DNA from: a virus
Reading direction: 5' to 3' (one strand)
DNA: 64,000 bases
IMG/VR virus record: IMGVR_UViG_3300017963_000201
Span: 32,001-96,000 of that record
Below are positions 20,626-30,422 of the stretch, one piece after another. A model generated the notes under the pieces. The model worked only from the letters and a program-made list of their open reading frames with translations, did no database searches and had not been told where the DNA came from. The number at the start of each line of letters is the position of its first letter. Position 1 is the first letter of the stretch. Both the position numbers and the translations under genes were made by a program.

Positions 20626-22784
20626 CCTGGTATACCGTTGGTCCAATCGTATTGCGTGATTCCACCACTCGAAACAAAATTATAGTTGCCTATCTCAGAC
20701 ACGTAGTTTGCGCCCGCTGCTTTGTCGAAATAGATTGCCATAAGTGGATTCGTGTCTGCTATGCTTACAGCACCGCACCTAAGATTTTCAACTTCTGTGG
20801 GTGTCAAACACCTTTGCCAATACGCAACCCAATAAAAATGCGCCCTGGTGCTTGCACCCGCATGCGCTTTATTGATGCACAGATCGCTCGGCGATCCAAC
20901 GAACACGGGACCGCAAGCATCACTTCTGCTGACGACCGATTTGTTATAGTATAAATGCATTTCGTTGTTCAGGGCACCGCCATTATAGTGATATGTTCCA
21001 CACAAAAAACTGATGGGGTGCCAATATCTCGGAGATCCTTGGCAGTTGTACACCGTTATTCCGAGTTCCCCATTCACAGGATCGTAAGCACCTGTATCCG
21101 TCACCCAAAATCGAAAATCAACATGATCAATACTGCCATCATCATATTGCCCCAAAGACCATGAACGTTGCCCTACTCCCGCGCCTCCAGTGTTCCACTT
21201 TGAAAAGAAATGTTTGTATCCCACCGCTGCTGGATTTACAATCGCTGAGAATGCTGCAACAGAAAAATCGTGCCCGTTGTTTGCTGGATTGAAGTCATCA
21301 GCTTGGGCATCAGGCAAAGTATAATCAGTGCCATCAGGTAAATAATGGTTGTGCTGCACCCATTCGCCTCTATGCCTTGCAAGCTCATGATCGGGGTTGC
21401 CAACGATCTGTGTCTTGGTCAATATATATGGCGCAGCAGAACCCGTGCCTATCTCTGTTTGATAATTCATGGCTCCCGTGCTGTTTTCATACTTGGAGAA
21501 GTCAATATACATTTGCGGACTGGCGTTGTATGGCATCACAACGCCATCTTTCAAATTTTCAATCTCTGTATCTGTCAAAGCACGCGGCCAAAAAGCCAAC
21601 CAAAAATACTTTGAATAAAAACACTCATTGCCAGTATTATCAAACGCACCTATCAACAAAGGATAGCTTCTAGTCGATATCAACCACGCTGAATTATTTG
21701 TATACGTATCAGTGTTGATCCAAAACTTCATCAGAGAAGAACCTTGACCAACCGCTGTATATCTCCCACACACGAAAAATAATTTCTCTCTGAATAGATC
21801 GGTGCTAGGACCTGCGACGGTATCACCGAAACCAGCGCGACCAATTTTAAACTTGAAAGCTGGCGAAGTAGAATATTTTTCTATGGCCCACTCTACGCCT
21901 GCACCGCCGAATTGGCGTTTGCCGATCATAGTTTCTGTGTATATCGAACTTCTTAGTTGACAGTTGGGCATGATCACGCCCATCACGGTAAAATCACCAC
22001 CCCATTCTGCTGGAGAAAAATCAGACATCACAGGATCGCCAGCAGCGACGGTCAAGTAACCACCACGATTATTTATCGACGGTGCGAACCGATCAAACTG
22101 CCAATAGTAAAAATACGGATCATAATAAGTAGGACCAGGACTAGGACCAGGACTAGGACCAGGGCCAGGTGGTGTATAAGGACCAATCTCTACAGGAACA
22201 ACCGTACAATTCCCTGCCCCACTTAAGTTTCTAACACTACAATCTATAATATCAAGACCCCCAGATGCCCCGCTACTAGCCGTAAAAATACCCTTAAGAT
22301 TATTTCCACCACATACTAAATCTTCTACCTGACATTGTTCAATTCGACCTAAACCACCATGAGCCAAAATTCCATAAACATCACCGCTAGGTGATGTAAA
22401 ATCAGAGATAAAACAAGTAGAGCATAAAAAATTTTCTACATTTTCAGCGTAGATTCCCATTAAGTTATTGTTAGAGTCTATAGCCTGAATTACATTTATA
22501 CCCTGAATAGAAAATCGATTACTAGAAGCAATCTTTATACAAGCTGTGCTTGTAGTTGTTTTTCTTGGTCGGATAGTTGCCCCACCCGGGTTTTCTGAAA
22601 ATAAAGATCCTTCTTTGTTAGAAATTACTAAAGAGTCAGATGGGTAATAAACCCCATCTAATAGTCTAATTTGATCTCCGTTTTCAAAAACAGTTAATGC
22701 CTTATCCAAAGTTGCATAGGGTAAATCTTTACTACCATCCCCTGTTGTATCGCTGCCTGTTGTAGCAACCCAAATAATTTTCAT
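20622..22784 (-). CDS. Virion protein: beta-helix N-terminus, PGPS linker, two LamG-like domains (paralog 1)
   Basis: IIWVATTGSDTTGDGSKDLPYATLDKA; WPRALTDTEIENL and WQRCLTPTEVENL repeats. Confidence 0.7.
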   Translation of the reverse strand: MKIIWVATTGSDTTGDGSKDLPYATLDKALTVFENGDQIRLLDGVYYPSDSLVISNKEGSLFSENPGGATIRPRKTTTSTACIKIASSNRFSIQGINVIQAIDSNNNLMGIYAENVENFLCSTCFISDFTSPSGDVYGILAHGGLGRIEQCQVEDLVCGGNNLKGIFTASSGASGGLDIIDCSVRNLSGAGNCTVVPVEIGPYTPPGPGPSPGPSPGPTYYDPYFYYWQFDRFAPSINNRGGYLTVAAGDPVMSDFSPAEWGGDFTVMGVIMPNCQLRSSIYTETMIGKRQFGGAGVEWAIEKYSTSPAFKFKIGRAGFGDTVAGPSTDLFREKLFFVCGRYTAVGQGSSLMKFWINTDTYTNNSAWLISTRSYPLLIGAFDNTGNECFYSKYFWLAFWPRALTDTEIENLKDGVVMPYNASPQMYIDFSKYENSTGAMNYQTEIGTGSAAPYILTKTQIVGNPDHELARHRGEWVQHNHYLPDGTDYTLPDAQADDFNPANNGHDFSVAAFSAIVNPAAVGYKHFFSKWNTGGAGVGQRSWSLGQYDDGSIDHVDFRFWVTDTGAYDPVNGELGITVYNCQGSPRYWHPISFLCGTYHYNGGALNNEMHLYYNKSVVSRSDACGPVFVGSPSDLCINKAHAGASTRAHFYWVAYWQRCLTPTEVENLRCGAVSIADTNPLMAIYFDKAAGANYVSEIGNYNFVSSGGITQYDWTNGIPG
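22130..22172. repeat. 12-nt tandem repeat encoding Pro-Gly-Pro-Ser linker
   Basis: AGGACCAGGACT repeated. Confidence 0.8.
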
Positions 22785-24196
22785 ATTAACGTGGCACTCC
22801 CATACAGAGCATATTCTTTATTTGATACCGTAATAACCTCACTTACAGGACTTCTTTGTGTACCCGAAGAATCTTGAAGGTAGTAGCTACTCAATACTAC
22901 AGCATCTACCTCTGTAACCGTATAATCGCCATACCCGTTTTGTAAAACAACTATAAGATCTGACTTTTGAATAGCATCACCTAATCGATATGTAGCCATG
23001 AATTGCCCAAGAGCATTCTTAATCCTATTTCTTGTTGTAGGCCCATCGGCATTCGATTTTAATGTTAGAGTAGCATTCAGATAGAGATAAAGGGGTATTG
23101 CTCTTTTTACCAATGGATCCGCCGTAAGAACATTATTCGCATTGAGATCCAAAGTTCCTTGAACTTGCCTTACTAAAGACGCATAGTTATAGGTTACAGT
23201 CATAACCTCCCCTGCCGACATATTAGCAGAATGATCTATAACTATATAATCTTGTGCATAGATACTCCTTCTTAATCCCGTTGTGTTATCTATATAAGCG
23301 CTGTATTGTGAGCTACTCAAAGTACCAACTATTGATCCTACAACCCCTGTGACTGCAATTACTGGTCTTTGGGTAAGGTAATATCTTGTTTGAGCAGGAT
23401 CGTAGGTCATGGTTTCGGTATAGGCAGTAGAAGATGTATTAATTACAAAAACGTCAATCCCAGTAGCCCTTTCAGCATCGGCATCCTCCACACGCACTGG
23501 GTATGCATCAAGAAAACCAGCAGTACGCATATACTCTTGAAGCCCACTAACTGTATTTAGGTCTCTTCCGGTCTTAGCTTTTTTGATTCTTTCGCCCAAA
23601 TCGTCATCGGATTCTGAATCAGAACCACCAGTAGCAGCGGTAAGATTAGTAACCCCAGAAATACCAGATATGGTACTAGACAATTTGGTAATCAGATTTG
23701 AAGCTACGTTACCAATACTTCCAATAGTTGTAGCAATAGCTGTAACCGGAAATTCATAACGATCTCTGTCGTAGTTATAGTACGATTCAAAATCGCTTAA
23801 AGAAAATCGACTTTCAGCAACGGTAGAAAAAACAACAGGCGATACGAAAGAAGTCCCTGCAGTGGTCGCCTGCGTATTTCCGGGTATCACAACATCAGAG
23901 GTCGGTGCTGTAGTGGTATAAAATGTTAAAGTGGCTGCAGCATAGTTTCCAGGTAATCTTTCTAGGTTATAATTTGTAGCCTCTTGATCTAAGTTTGTTC
24001 CAGTTAATTTTGACAGTATACCCAAATCTCTTGCAATAGCTACCTGATCCATTACAGCAGCAATGCCTATGGAATACGGCAACAAAAGAAGATCCTTGGC
24101 CAAACTATTATCACTAGTATCTAAGCTATTGTTGTATGCTTTCAAAAATGCACGGAACTCAGAAAGCAAAGTATCTTTAGATTTAATATCGACCAT
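22781..24196 (-). CDS. Baseplate J/gp47-family wedge protein
   Basis: GTNLD..YNLER, GNV..ITKL..GISGVTN..ATGGSDSESDDDL..RI motifs. Confidence 0.85.
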   Translation of the reverse strand: MVDIKSKDTLLSEFRAFLKAYNNSLDTSDNSLAKDLLLLPYSIGIAAVMDQVAIARDLGILSKLTGTNLDQEATNYNLERLPGNYAAATLTFYTTTAPTSDVVIPGNTQATTAGTSFVSPVVFSTVAESRFSLSDFESYYNYDRDRYEFPVTAIATTIGSIGNVASNLITKLSSTISGISGVTNLTAATGGSDSESDDDLGERIKKAKTGRDLNTVSGLQEYMRTAGFLDAYPVRVEDADAERATGIDVFVINTSSTAYTETMTYDPAQTRYYLTQRPVIAVTGVVGSIVGTLSSSQYSAYIDNTTGLRRSIYAQDYIVIDHSANMSAGEVMTVTYNYASLVRQVQGTLDLNANNVLTADPLVKRAIPLYLYLNATLTLKSNADGPTTRNRIKNALGQFMATYRLGDAIQKSDLIVVLQNGYGDYTVTEVDAVVLSSYYLQDSSGTQRSPVSEVITVSNKEYALYGSATLI

Positions 24197-24930
24197 TACG
24201 CCCTCAAATTGGATGCCATTAATCTATAGGCGGTTAAGTTGTTTTTATTCCCTAAATGGTCTTCTACTGTAAACTCTACAGTGTATTTTCTAGGATCTGT
24301 TTTACTTTGGGTTACGTAAATATTACTAATTTCCTCGGATAATTCGGATGCCTTAAACAATCTATTATAATTTACGTAAAATGTAATATTCTTATTCCCA
24401 GACATTGCAACTACGTCTTGCCCCATAACTGTTCTTTGGTTCGTAGCATTAGAAGAGGGCCTTATCGAGAATTTATCTAAATAACTTGTCTCAAATGTAT
24501 TTCTAAATACTTTGGTTACCCCATATTCATATAAAGTATCATTGAATAAATTATTATCTATGAATCGCCACTTCACGGGATTCTTAGACACTAAAGCATA
24601 AGTACCTCGGGTTCCTGCTGCTCTACGATAAAAGTTAAAACCATTAAAATTTACATCGGTAGTATTTACTTCCTCAACCTGTACCGATCTGAAATTACGA
24701 AATACAGAAGTTAGTAGGGCTGTAAGGCTCCTTTCAAGATTAACTTTTTCATTAATCATATTTCTGGTAATAGTATCTTCGTTTACTACTGCCCGGATAA
24801 GCTGGCTTACTAATTTCTCAGTCCCATCACATGTTACAAGATCTCCTGTTTCTGATATTTGTAAAGTGCATCGCTGATGCACATCCCCCGGCAAATTAAT
24901 CTTAAAATCTGTTTGTACTGGCGTGGTCAT
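24196..24930 (-). CDS. Baseplate wedge protein (gp25/gpW-like)
   Basis: GDLVTCDGTEKLVSQLIRAV; upstream of baseplate J. Confidence 0.55.
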   Translation of the reverse strand: MTTPVQTDFKINLPGDVHQRCTLQISETGDLVTCDGTEKLVSQLIRAVVNEDTITRNMINEKVNLERSLTALLTSVFRNFRSVQVEEVNTTDVNFNGFNFYRRAAGTRGTYALVSKNPVKWRFIDNNLFNDTLYEYGVTKVFRNTFETSYLDKFSIRPSSNATNQRTVMGQDVVAMSGNKNITFYVNYNRLFKASELSEEISNIYVTQSKTDPRKYTVEFTVEDHLGNKNNLTAYRLMASNLRA

Positions 24931-25385
24931 TCGATACATTGCTCCAAAGCGTCTTTAATGTTTTGCAAAGCATCAATCATCCTATCTATGTAATCTATCT
25001 CTCTATCCTTAGATTCCATAGCTTCTAAGTATTGCTCGGCTTCGTAATACGCTTCGTATACGGCTCCAAATACGTAATTTTTTACTTGCTTTACAATTTT
25101 TGCAAAATTATTTACAGGAGGACAATCAGAAAAAGGTTTTGTATAACCCAATACTATAGAAAAAGGTGCTTCTACCGGAACTAGTACAAGATCCACGGAT
25201 TCGAGTAATAACTCCAATGCTTGCTGTCTAGCCAAATCCTCTAGGTCAACGTTAGCAAGTTGTATAATGACTTTTATAGCGTATAATTGCGCAACAAGGG
25301 CATCTATGAGCCCTACAATGGTAGCCTTTGTCGGACCAAGTAATTTAGCAAAACCACATATACATTTTTCTAAATCATTTGACAC
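24927..25385 (-). CDS. Hypothetical baseplate-region protein
   Basis: Operon position. Confidence 0.5.
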   Translation of the reverse strand: MSNDLEKCICGFAKLLGPTKATIVGLIDALVAQLYAIKVIIQLANVDLEDLARQQALELLLESVDLVLVPVEAPFSIVLGYTKPFSDCPPVNNFAKIVKQVKNYVFGAVYEAYYEAEQYLEAMESKDREIDYIDRMIDALQNIKDALEQCIE

Positions 25386-25493
25386 AAAGCACCACCATAT
25401 AAAGTTTCGCGAATCTTAATGTACCATATGGCCAGAATTTTAGTTTAATTATCGTCTGTTTCTTCTTGTATTATGTTTTCAAGGAGGTCATTT

Positions 25494-26438
25494 ATGCCAC
25501 AAAAAAATTACCTAATTACCCATGGCGATCTAGACGGAGTAGGATGCGCTGTACTAGTAAAAGCGCTCCTTCATCAATACTATTGGGATGTATCTTTTGT
25601 TAATTACCAAAACATCGATGACATAGTTTTAGAAAAGATAGAACAACTAAGAAAAAATCCCGACTCATCCCTACTAATAACAGATATCTGCCCTACGGAA
25701 GAAATATGCAAGATAATCGATCAAGCGTATAAGAAAAATTTATCTATTAAAGTAATAGATCACCACAAAACAAGATCTTTTGTCTGTAAGTACCCATGGG
25801 CCATATTTAATACAGAATACTCAGGTACCTTATTAACTTACGCTATGCTTTTAGAGGTACCACCGGATCGGGCATTCCAAGAACAAGAAGAGGCTGTGTA
25901 CTTCTTCCGGTTTGTAAGAGGAATTGATGCATGGGATCGGTGGCAATTAAAAGATCCATACCGAAAGCTTGGAGAAGATCTCAATTCTCTAAGGTATGCC
26001 GTGGGAAACCAAAAGGCCCTTCAGATCTGGATCAATGACGTAGCTGCTCACGAAAAAGAGCCATACCGGACTATATTAGAAAACATTGAGGATGATAAGA
26101 AAAAAGCTATTGCCAAAGGTATAGCAGAAGCGCAAAAGACAGAATACCAAATGGATGGATTAGGAAATACCTATAAATTAATATTTGGATCCGAATTTAC
26201 ATCTGAAGTTGCAAGTGCCATTCTATCTCATAGTGACTTTTCAGATCTTCATTATGTCGCAATCATTAATATTCAATACGATAAATGCGAATTACGCTCT
26301 AAAGAAAATGGTACTGACGTAAGCTATATTGCAAAAACTATGAGGGGTGGGGGTCACCCAACAGCAGCCGGATTTCCTTTAAATGAATTAAGAAAAATAT
26401 ACCGTAGATTAAGTGCTAAACTTCAAGATATTAACTAG
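25494..26438 (+). CDS. DHH/DHHA1 phosphoesterase
   Basis: THGDLDG, ITD, IDHH, GGGHPTAAG; RBS AGGAGG. Confidence 0.9.
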   Translation: MPQKNYLITHGDLDGVGCAVLVKALLHQYYWDVSFVNYQNIDDIVLEKIEQLRKNPDSSLLITDICPTEEICKIIDQAYKKNLSIKVIDHHKTRSFVCKYPWAIFNTEYSGTLLTYAMLLEVPPDRAFQEQEEAVYFFRFVRGIDAWDRWQLKDPYRKLGEDLNSLRYAVGNQKALQIWINDVAAHEKEPYRTILENIEDDKKKAIAKGIAEAQKTEYQMDGLGNTYKLIFGSEFTSEVASAILSHSDFSDLHYVAIINIQYDKCELRSKENGTDVSYIAKTMRGGGHPTAAGFPLNELRKIYRRLSAKLQDIN

Positions 26439-27480
26439 TCATAGTTTTGGCTGACAAAGCAGCACTTCTAGCGCTGTCGTAGGTGCTCACAGCCGTAGCC
26501 AATGTATTAGCAAGTGCTCCAATAGCTTGCACCGCAGCCGTAGTGCTTCCCGGATCAACAGCCCCTGCAGCGGCTGTACCAACCCCCTGAGCAAAGGTAC
26601 TCAATGCACCTAAAAAGGTTGATTCGTAACCTAAATACTCTGTTCCCTTAATTACAGGTTGCGCTGCAGTGAGGCCACCCAACTGAATCATTGTGCCATC
26701 AAACATCACAACCGCAGCCGAAGAAGAAAGCTCTATATTGCCCGCTTCGTCGATTTTCAAAGCTGCATTTGTAACCCCTGCAATTGCCGTTTCCAAAATC
26801 GCTCTTAGTCTACCACCCCAACTTCCTGTCTCGGGTATAGCATTCGCATCGACTACATAACCCAGATGAAGCCTTGCTATTCTAAGCAGCGACAACGATA
26901 CGTCAATAAGTCCCTCTACCGCAGGTATTGTAGGACCTAAATCACTAGGGACAGCATATAAACTTCCATTTGTCGCATAGCGATAAACAGATCCAAAAGC
27001 TACGTTGGCACCATTCCCCATTAATCTTAAAGCCATACCAGCCAAGCGTAAAAACCTCTTCTGTTTAATGTACTTTAGCCCATCATTCATCCCGTTCATT
27101 AAAGAGAAATCACCACTGGGGGCTATACTCATCCAAACCCTCTTTACTAGATTACCAAACCATATGCCCCCTTCGGCAACTAATCTGGCTTGTATGGGCT
27201 CTCCCGTACTTGGATCGACAACATTGCCCCTTTCTAACTTTTTAGAGTACCCAAACTGGACAACACCCACACAATAAGCTTGCTCATCTGCAGCTATTAT
27301 TAAGCAATGATCGCCGGTTTTAGGGAACGAATAGTTACCCGGAGGTGCAACAACGCGGACATTATTTCGACCGCGATCTGTGCCCATATAATTAACATCT
27401 ACTGTTCTGTTAGACTCGTCAGTGGCTTTTATCGTTCCTAACAAAACTCTAGGGTATTGTGTTTCTCCTGGTCTTGGCAT
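26431..27480 (-). CDS. Baseplate spike/hub protein (gpV/gp5 OB-fold-like)
   Basis: N-terminal OB-like GTIKATD..PKTGDHCLI; C-terminal QPVIKG..LSAK pattern. Confidence 0.65.
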   Translation of the reverse strand: MPRPGETQYPRVLLGTIKATDESNRTVDVNYMGTDRGRNNVRVVAPPGNYSFPKTGDHCLIIAADEQAYCVGVVQFGYSKKLERGNVVDPSTGEPIQARLVAEGGIWFGNLVKRVWMSIAPSGDFSLMNGMNDGLKYIKQKRFLRLAGMALRLMGNGANVAFGSVYRYATNGSLYAVPSDLGPTIPAVEGLIDVSLSLLRIARLHLGYVVDANAIPETGSWGGRLRAILETAIAGVTNAALKIDEAGNIELSSSAAVVMFDGTMIQLGGLTAAQPVIKGTEYLGYESTFLGALSTFAQGVGTAAAGAVDPGSTTAAVQAIGALANTLATAVSTYDSARSAALSAKTMTS

Positions 27481-27481
27481 A

Positions 27482-29674
27482 TTACAAATTCCTTAAAGCA
27501 TTAAGTCTTTTTTGGAATTGGGCAGCTTGTTTTTTATCTTGAAATTGAGGATCATCCGCATTATACTCAGGTTCCAGTGCTTCCAAAATTTCTTTGTCCT
27601 CCTCACTTGCAGATATCTGAATATAATCTTCGTTGTCTAACGTTTCAATCCATTTTCCGGCAGGGACTGATTGATCAGCAATACCATCAGTAAACTCAGA
27701 TAATTTATAAGAATCCTGTGCAGCCTCCAAAGTAGCTATAAAATCCGGGCTATTTGTATAATAGGCTTCTGTAGCCAACATAAAACTAGATAAATCTGCC
27801 GGATGTTGTGAATCTAGGCGACCAAAGCTACAACTGATAGTAGTTGAAGCGTCACCACCAACGGTTATAGAATGCGAAATACTATTAATATAAAAAACAT
27901 TATTGTTATCTGGAAAAACCACGGGCAAAGCCAGCTCTAGCTCTGGTCTAAATACCAATGTGGTATTATTTGTGTGCAGCTCGGCATTCATATAACGCAT
28001 CAGTACATGCGCAGCCACGTCTAGAAAATGCATAGCGTCATCAGATGACCCACTAATTTCACTGCCATGAATCTTTTCATTAACATTAAACATAGGATTT
28101 TCTACTTCTCTTCTTCTGTATCCATACCTCTCCATTAATCTCTTATCAACCGCACTACCAACAAGCTCTAGTTGCTCAGGTGGTGTATCCGTAAGCGTTA
28201 CGTGCTTTCCGTGTAATCGTAGGAAGGTTACCATCTCTTCTAAATTAAGAGCCACATTGGTACTTATTATTTCATCAGCACCTACAGTTTGAACCCCAAA
28301 AAAGCAGTGCTCGTGTTTTTCTTTTGCTATAATATCATATTTAAAGTAATCGTTACTTAGTCTCATAGGGTGATAGTTAATGGTTCCGTACCCATCAACA
28401 TATAACTCATAGTATACCATACCAGCAATATCTCTAAGGACATCTAATCTACTTGAAAATTCAGATGTATATATCTGTGGGGTTTGAAAATTAAACATTC
28501 GGTACGGAGTAATCTTCTCACCCCATGCAGCCGTTGCCCTTGGTCTATATATATGAGATGTCTTTTCTACTAAATTTCTCATATTGAAATTATCTTTGTA
28601 AATAAATTTTTCTTCTGAAATATTATATATAGAGTTTTTCCCGTCTGCGGAATCATCTGCTCTAACAAAGTTGCCTAAGCTAGTTAAACTAAGCAATTCC
28701 TGTGTACTGTAAGACTCTCTTGGTATTTGGGATAAAATATCCTCTGGTGAGACTATTTCACCACCACCTTTTCCGATATAATTACCATCCTCGTCTTTTT
28801 CTGGTTCCCTATACCTGATTAATCCACCATGGATCATTGTATCGAAGATAACTAAGTGGTCTTGTCCGTATAGCGGTTTTGCAAATATATTTATTGCAGT
28901 TTGCTTTTCAAATTCCTTTATTTGCAAAATTGCCGGATTGAGCATTTCTTGGCTAATACGAGCAAGCTCCAATGTATCCTTACAAGTGATATTTAATGAC
29001 GCATAACCTTGTGCAGTAGATGGGGAACACATAATAGTATACCCATCAAAAATAGGAAAATACCAATCCTTATATAACCGCCCACGAGCCCATATGGAAA
29101 TTGGTAACATTGGGACGAACAATTGCTCCAAAATACTCATATAGCGGTCATTAAATACATTAATCTTTTTTCCATTCTTATAGTTATTGTTATCTTTAAT
29201 TACTACGGTAGCAGAACCAATACCATTCCTTGATCTATCAACGTTAACAGAAGTTAAAAAGTAATTCATTATTGTATTGATAAATATTACCATCTTCTTT
29301 TCATCTTGCGTTGATGCTATATCAGAAAATAATTTCTTAGTCGTAGTATCATTAATACTTAATACATATTCAAAATAATAATACACATACGATGCTAATT
29401 TTCTAGTTATGTCCTGAAGCCTCTGCTTAGATACTGGTCGTTTACCAGTCATGCCTTCCTTCTCACCAGTAAAAACAAACTGATGAGAAAAATCTATACA
29501 TACTCTTATTTCTGGGTGATAAAACTGATCGGCTACTAAGTGGGGAACTTCTTTTAGTACACTACTAAAGTAAGTTCTAGATTCAAAGTATTGTTCATAT
29601 GCATGATCATTTGGACCGCATCTATATCCATAATTAAAATACCTATTGAGTATAACTTGTATTAGATCTTCCAT
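27482..29674 (-). CDS. Baseplate hub/tail protein (gp27/gpD-like)
   Basis: ELYVDGYGTINYHP, RPELEL..FYINSISHS motifs; position after tube initiator. Confidence 0.65.
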   Translation of the reverse strand: MEDLIQVILNRYFNYGYRCGPNDHAYEQYFESRTYFSSVLKEVPHLVADQFYHPEIRVCIDFSHQFVFTGEKEGMTGKRPVSKQRLQDITRKLASYVYYYFEYVLSINDTTTKKLFSDIASTQDEKKMVIFINTIMNYFLTSVNVDRSRNGIGSATVVIKDNNNYKNGKKINVFNDRYMSILEQLFVPMLPISIWARGRLYKDWYFPIFDGYTIMCSPSTAQGYASLNITCKDTLELARISQEMLNPAILQIKEFEKQTAINIFAKPLYGQDHLVIFDTMIHGGLIRYREPEKDEDGNYIGKGGGEIVSPEDILSQIPRESYSTQELLSLTSLGNFVRADDSADGKNSIYNISEEKFIYKDNFNMRNLVEKTSHIYRPRATAAWGEKITPYRMFNFQTPQIYTSEFSSRLDVLRDIAGMVYYELYVDGYGTINYHPMRLSNDYFKYDIIAKEKHEHCFFGVQTVGADEIISTNVALNLEEMVTFLRLHGKHVTLTDTPPEQLELVGSAVDKRLMERYGYRRREVENPMFNVNEKIHGSEISGSSDDAMHFLDVAAHVLMRYMNAELHTNNTTLVFRPELELALPVVFPDNNNVFYINSISHSITVGGDASTTISCSFGRLDSQHPADLSSFMLATEAYYTNSPDFIATLEAAQDSYKLSEFTDGIADQSVPAGKWIETLDNEDYIQISASEEDKEILEALEPEYNADDPQFQDKKQAAQFQKRLNALRNL

Positions 29675-30412
29675 TTACGATGCCTGAATATTTCCATGGT
29701 AGCTTGAATTCTCTATTTTTAATGCAATCGTTAGATCATCTAGAGCTACGAAACTTATAGTGTACTTCCAATTCCAAGGGTTATCTGCAGTCATAGTAAA
29801 GGAGAAATCCATAAAGTACCCTCGGTAGACCTTCTCATCCATTTCTAAAGTCAAGACATCATAATCCCCATCAAATTTTTTGTATAGCATTCTTAATTTC
29901 TCAAACGTTCTATATTTTGTGGACATATTTAATACTTCATAATATGTCATACTTCCAATAACTATATCACTGATAAATGAATTAACAGAACCAAGAGCGG
30001 ACGTGGTTTGCTTTCTAGCCTTAACTGTCGCAGCACCACCACCTAATTCACTTAGTTCAACTGCCATAGACGTAAACGGATCTTTGTAACCTTCCGCAAT
30101 AATACTAGGAAGCATATTTCCTGTATTACCTGAGATATTCATTGAAAGCAAATCTGTACCCCAATCAAAAATAATAAATCGATTTGGGTGACTTGTTTGT
30201 ACCTTTTGCGTTATTTTTGGTTCAGAAAAAGCTATCTCCTGTGGATTAATCTTCAGAGTGACAGACTCTACTTTCACTTTTGATGAATCAAAGTTTGCTG
30301 CAGCCTGAGCTAAAGAATAACCATCATATCTTCTGAATTTTAACTTTGATACTTGGGTTGTAGCTAAAGCCGCATTAATCGATTTTTTTGCAAGCTGCCC
30401 TAATTTGCTCAT
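29675..30412 (-). CDS. Tail tube initiator-like protein
   Basis: LKINPQEI..YRGYFMDFSFT..PWNWKYTISF. Confidence 0.6.
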   Translation of the reverse strand: MSKLGQLAKKSINAALATTQVSKLKFRRYDGYSLAQAAANFDSSKVKVESVTLKINPQEIAFSEPKITQKVQTSHPNRFIIFDWGTDLLSMNISGNTGNMLPSIIAEGYKDPFTSMAVELSELGGGAATVKARKQTTSALGSVNSFISDIVIGSMTYYEVLNMSTKYRTFEKLRMLYKKFDGDYDVLTLEMDEKVYRGYFMDFSFTMTADNPWNWKYTISFVALDDLTIALKIENSSYHGNIQAS

Positions 30413-30422
30413 ATGTTAAACC

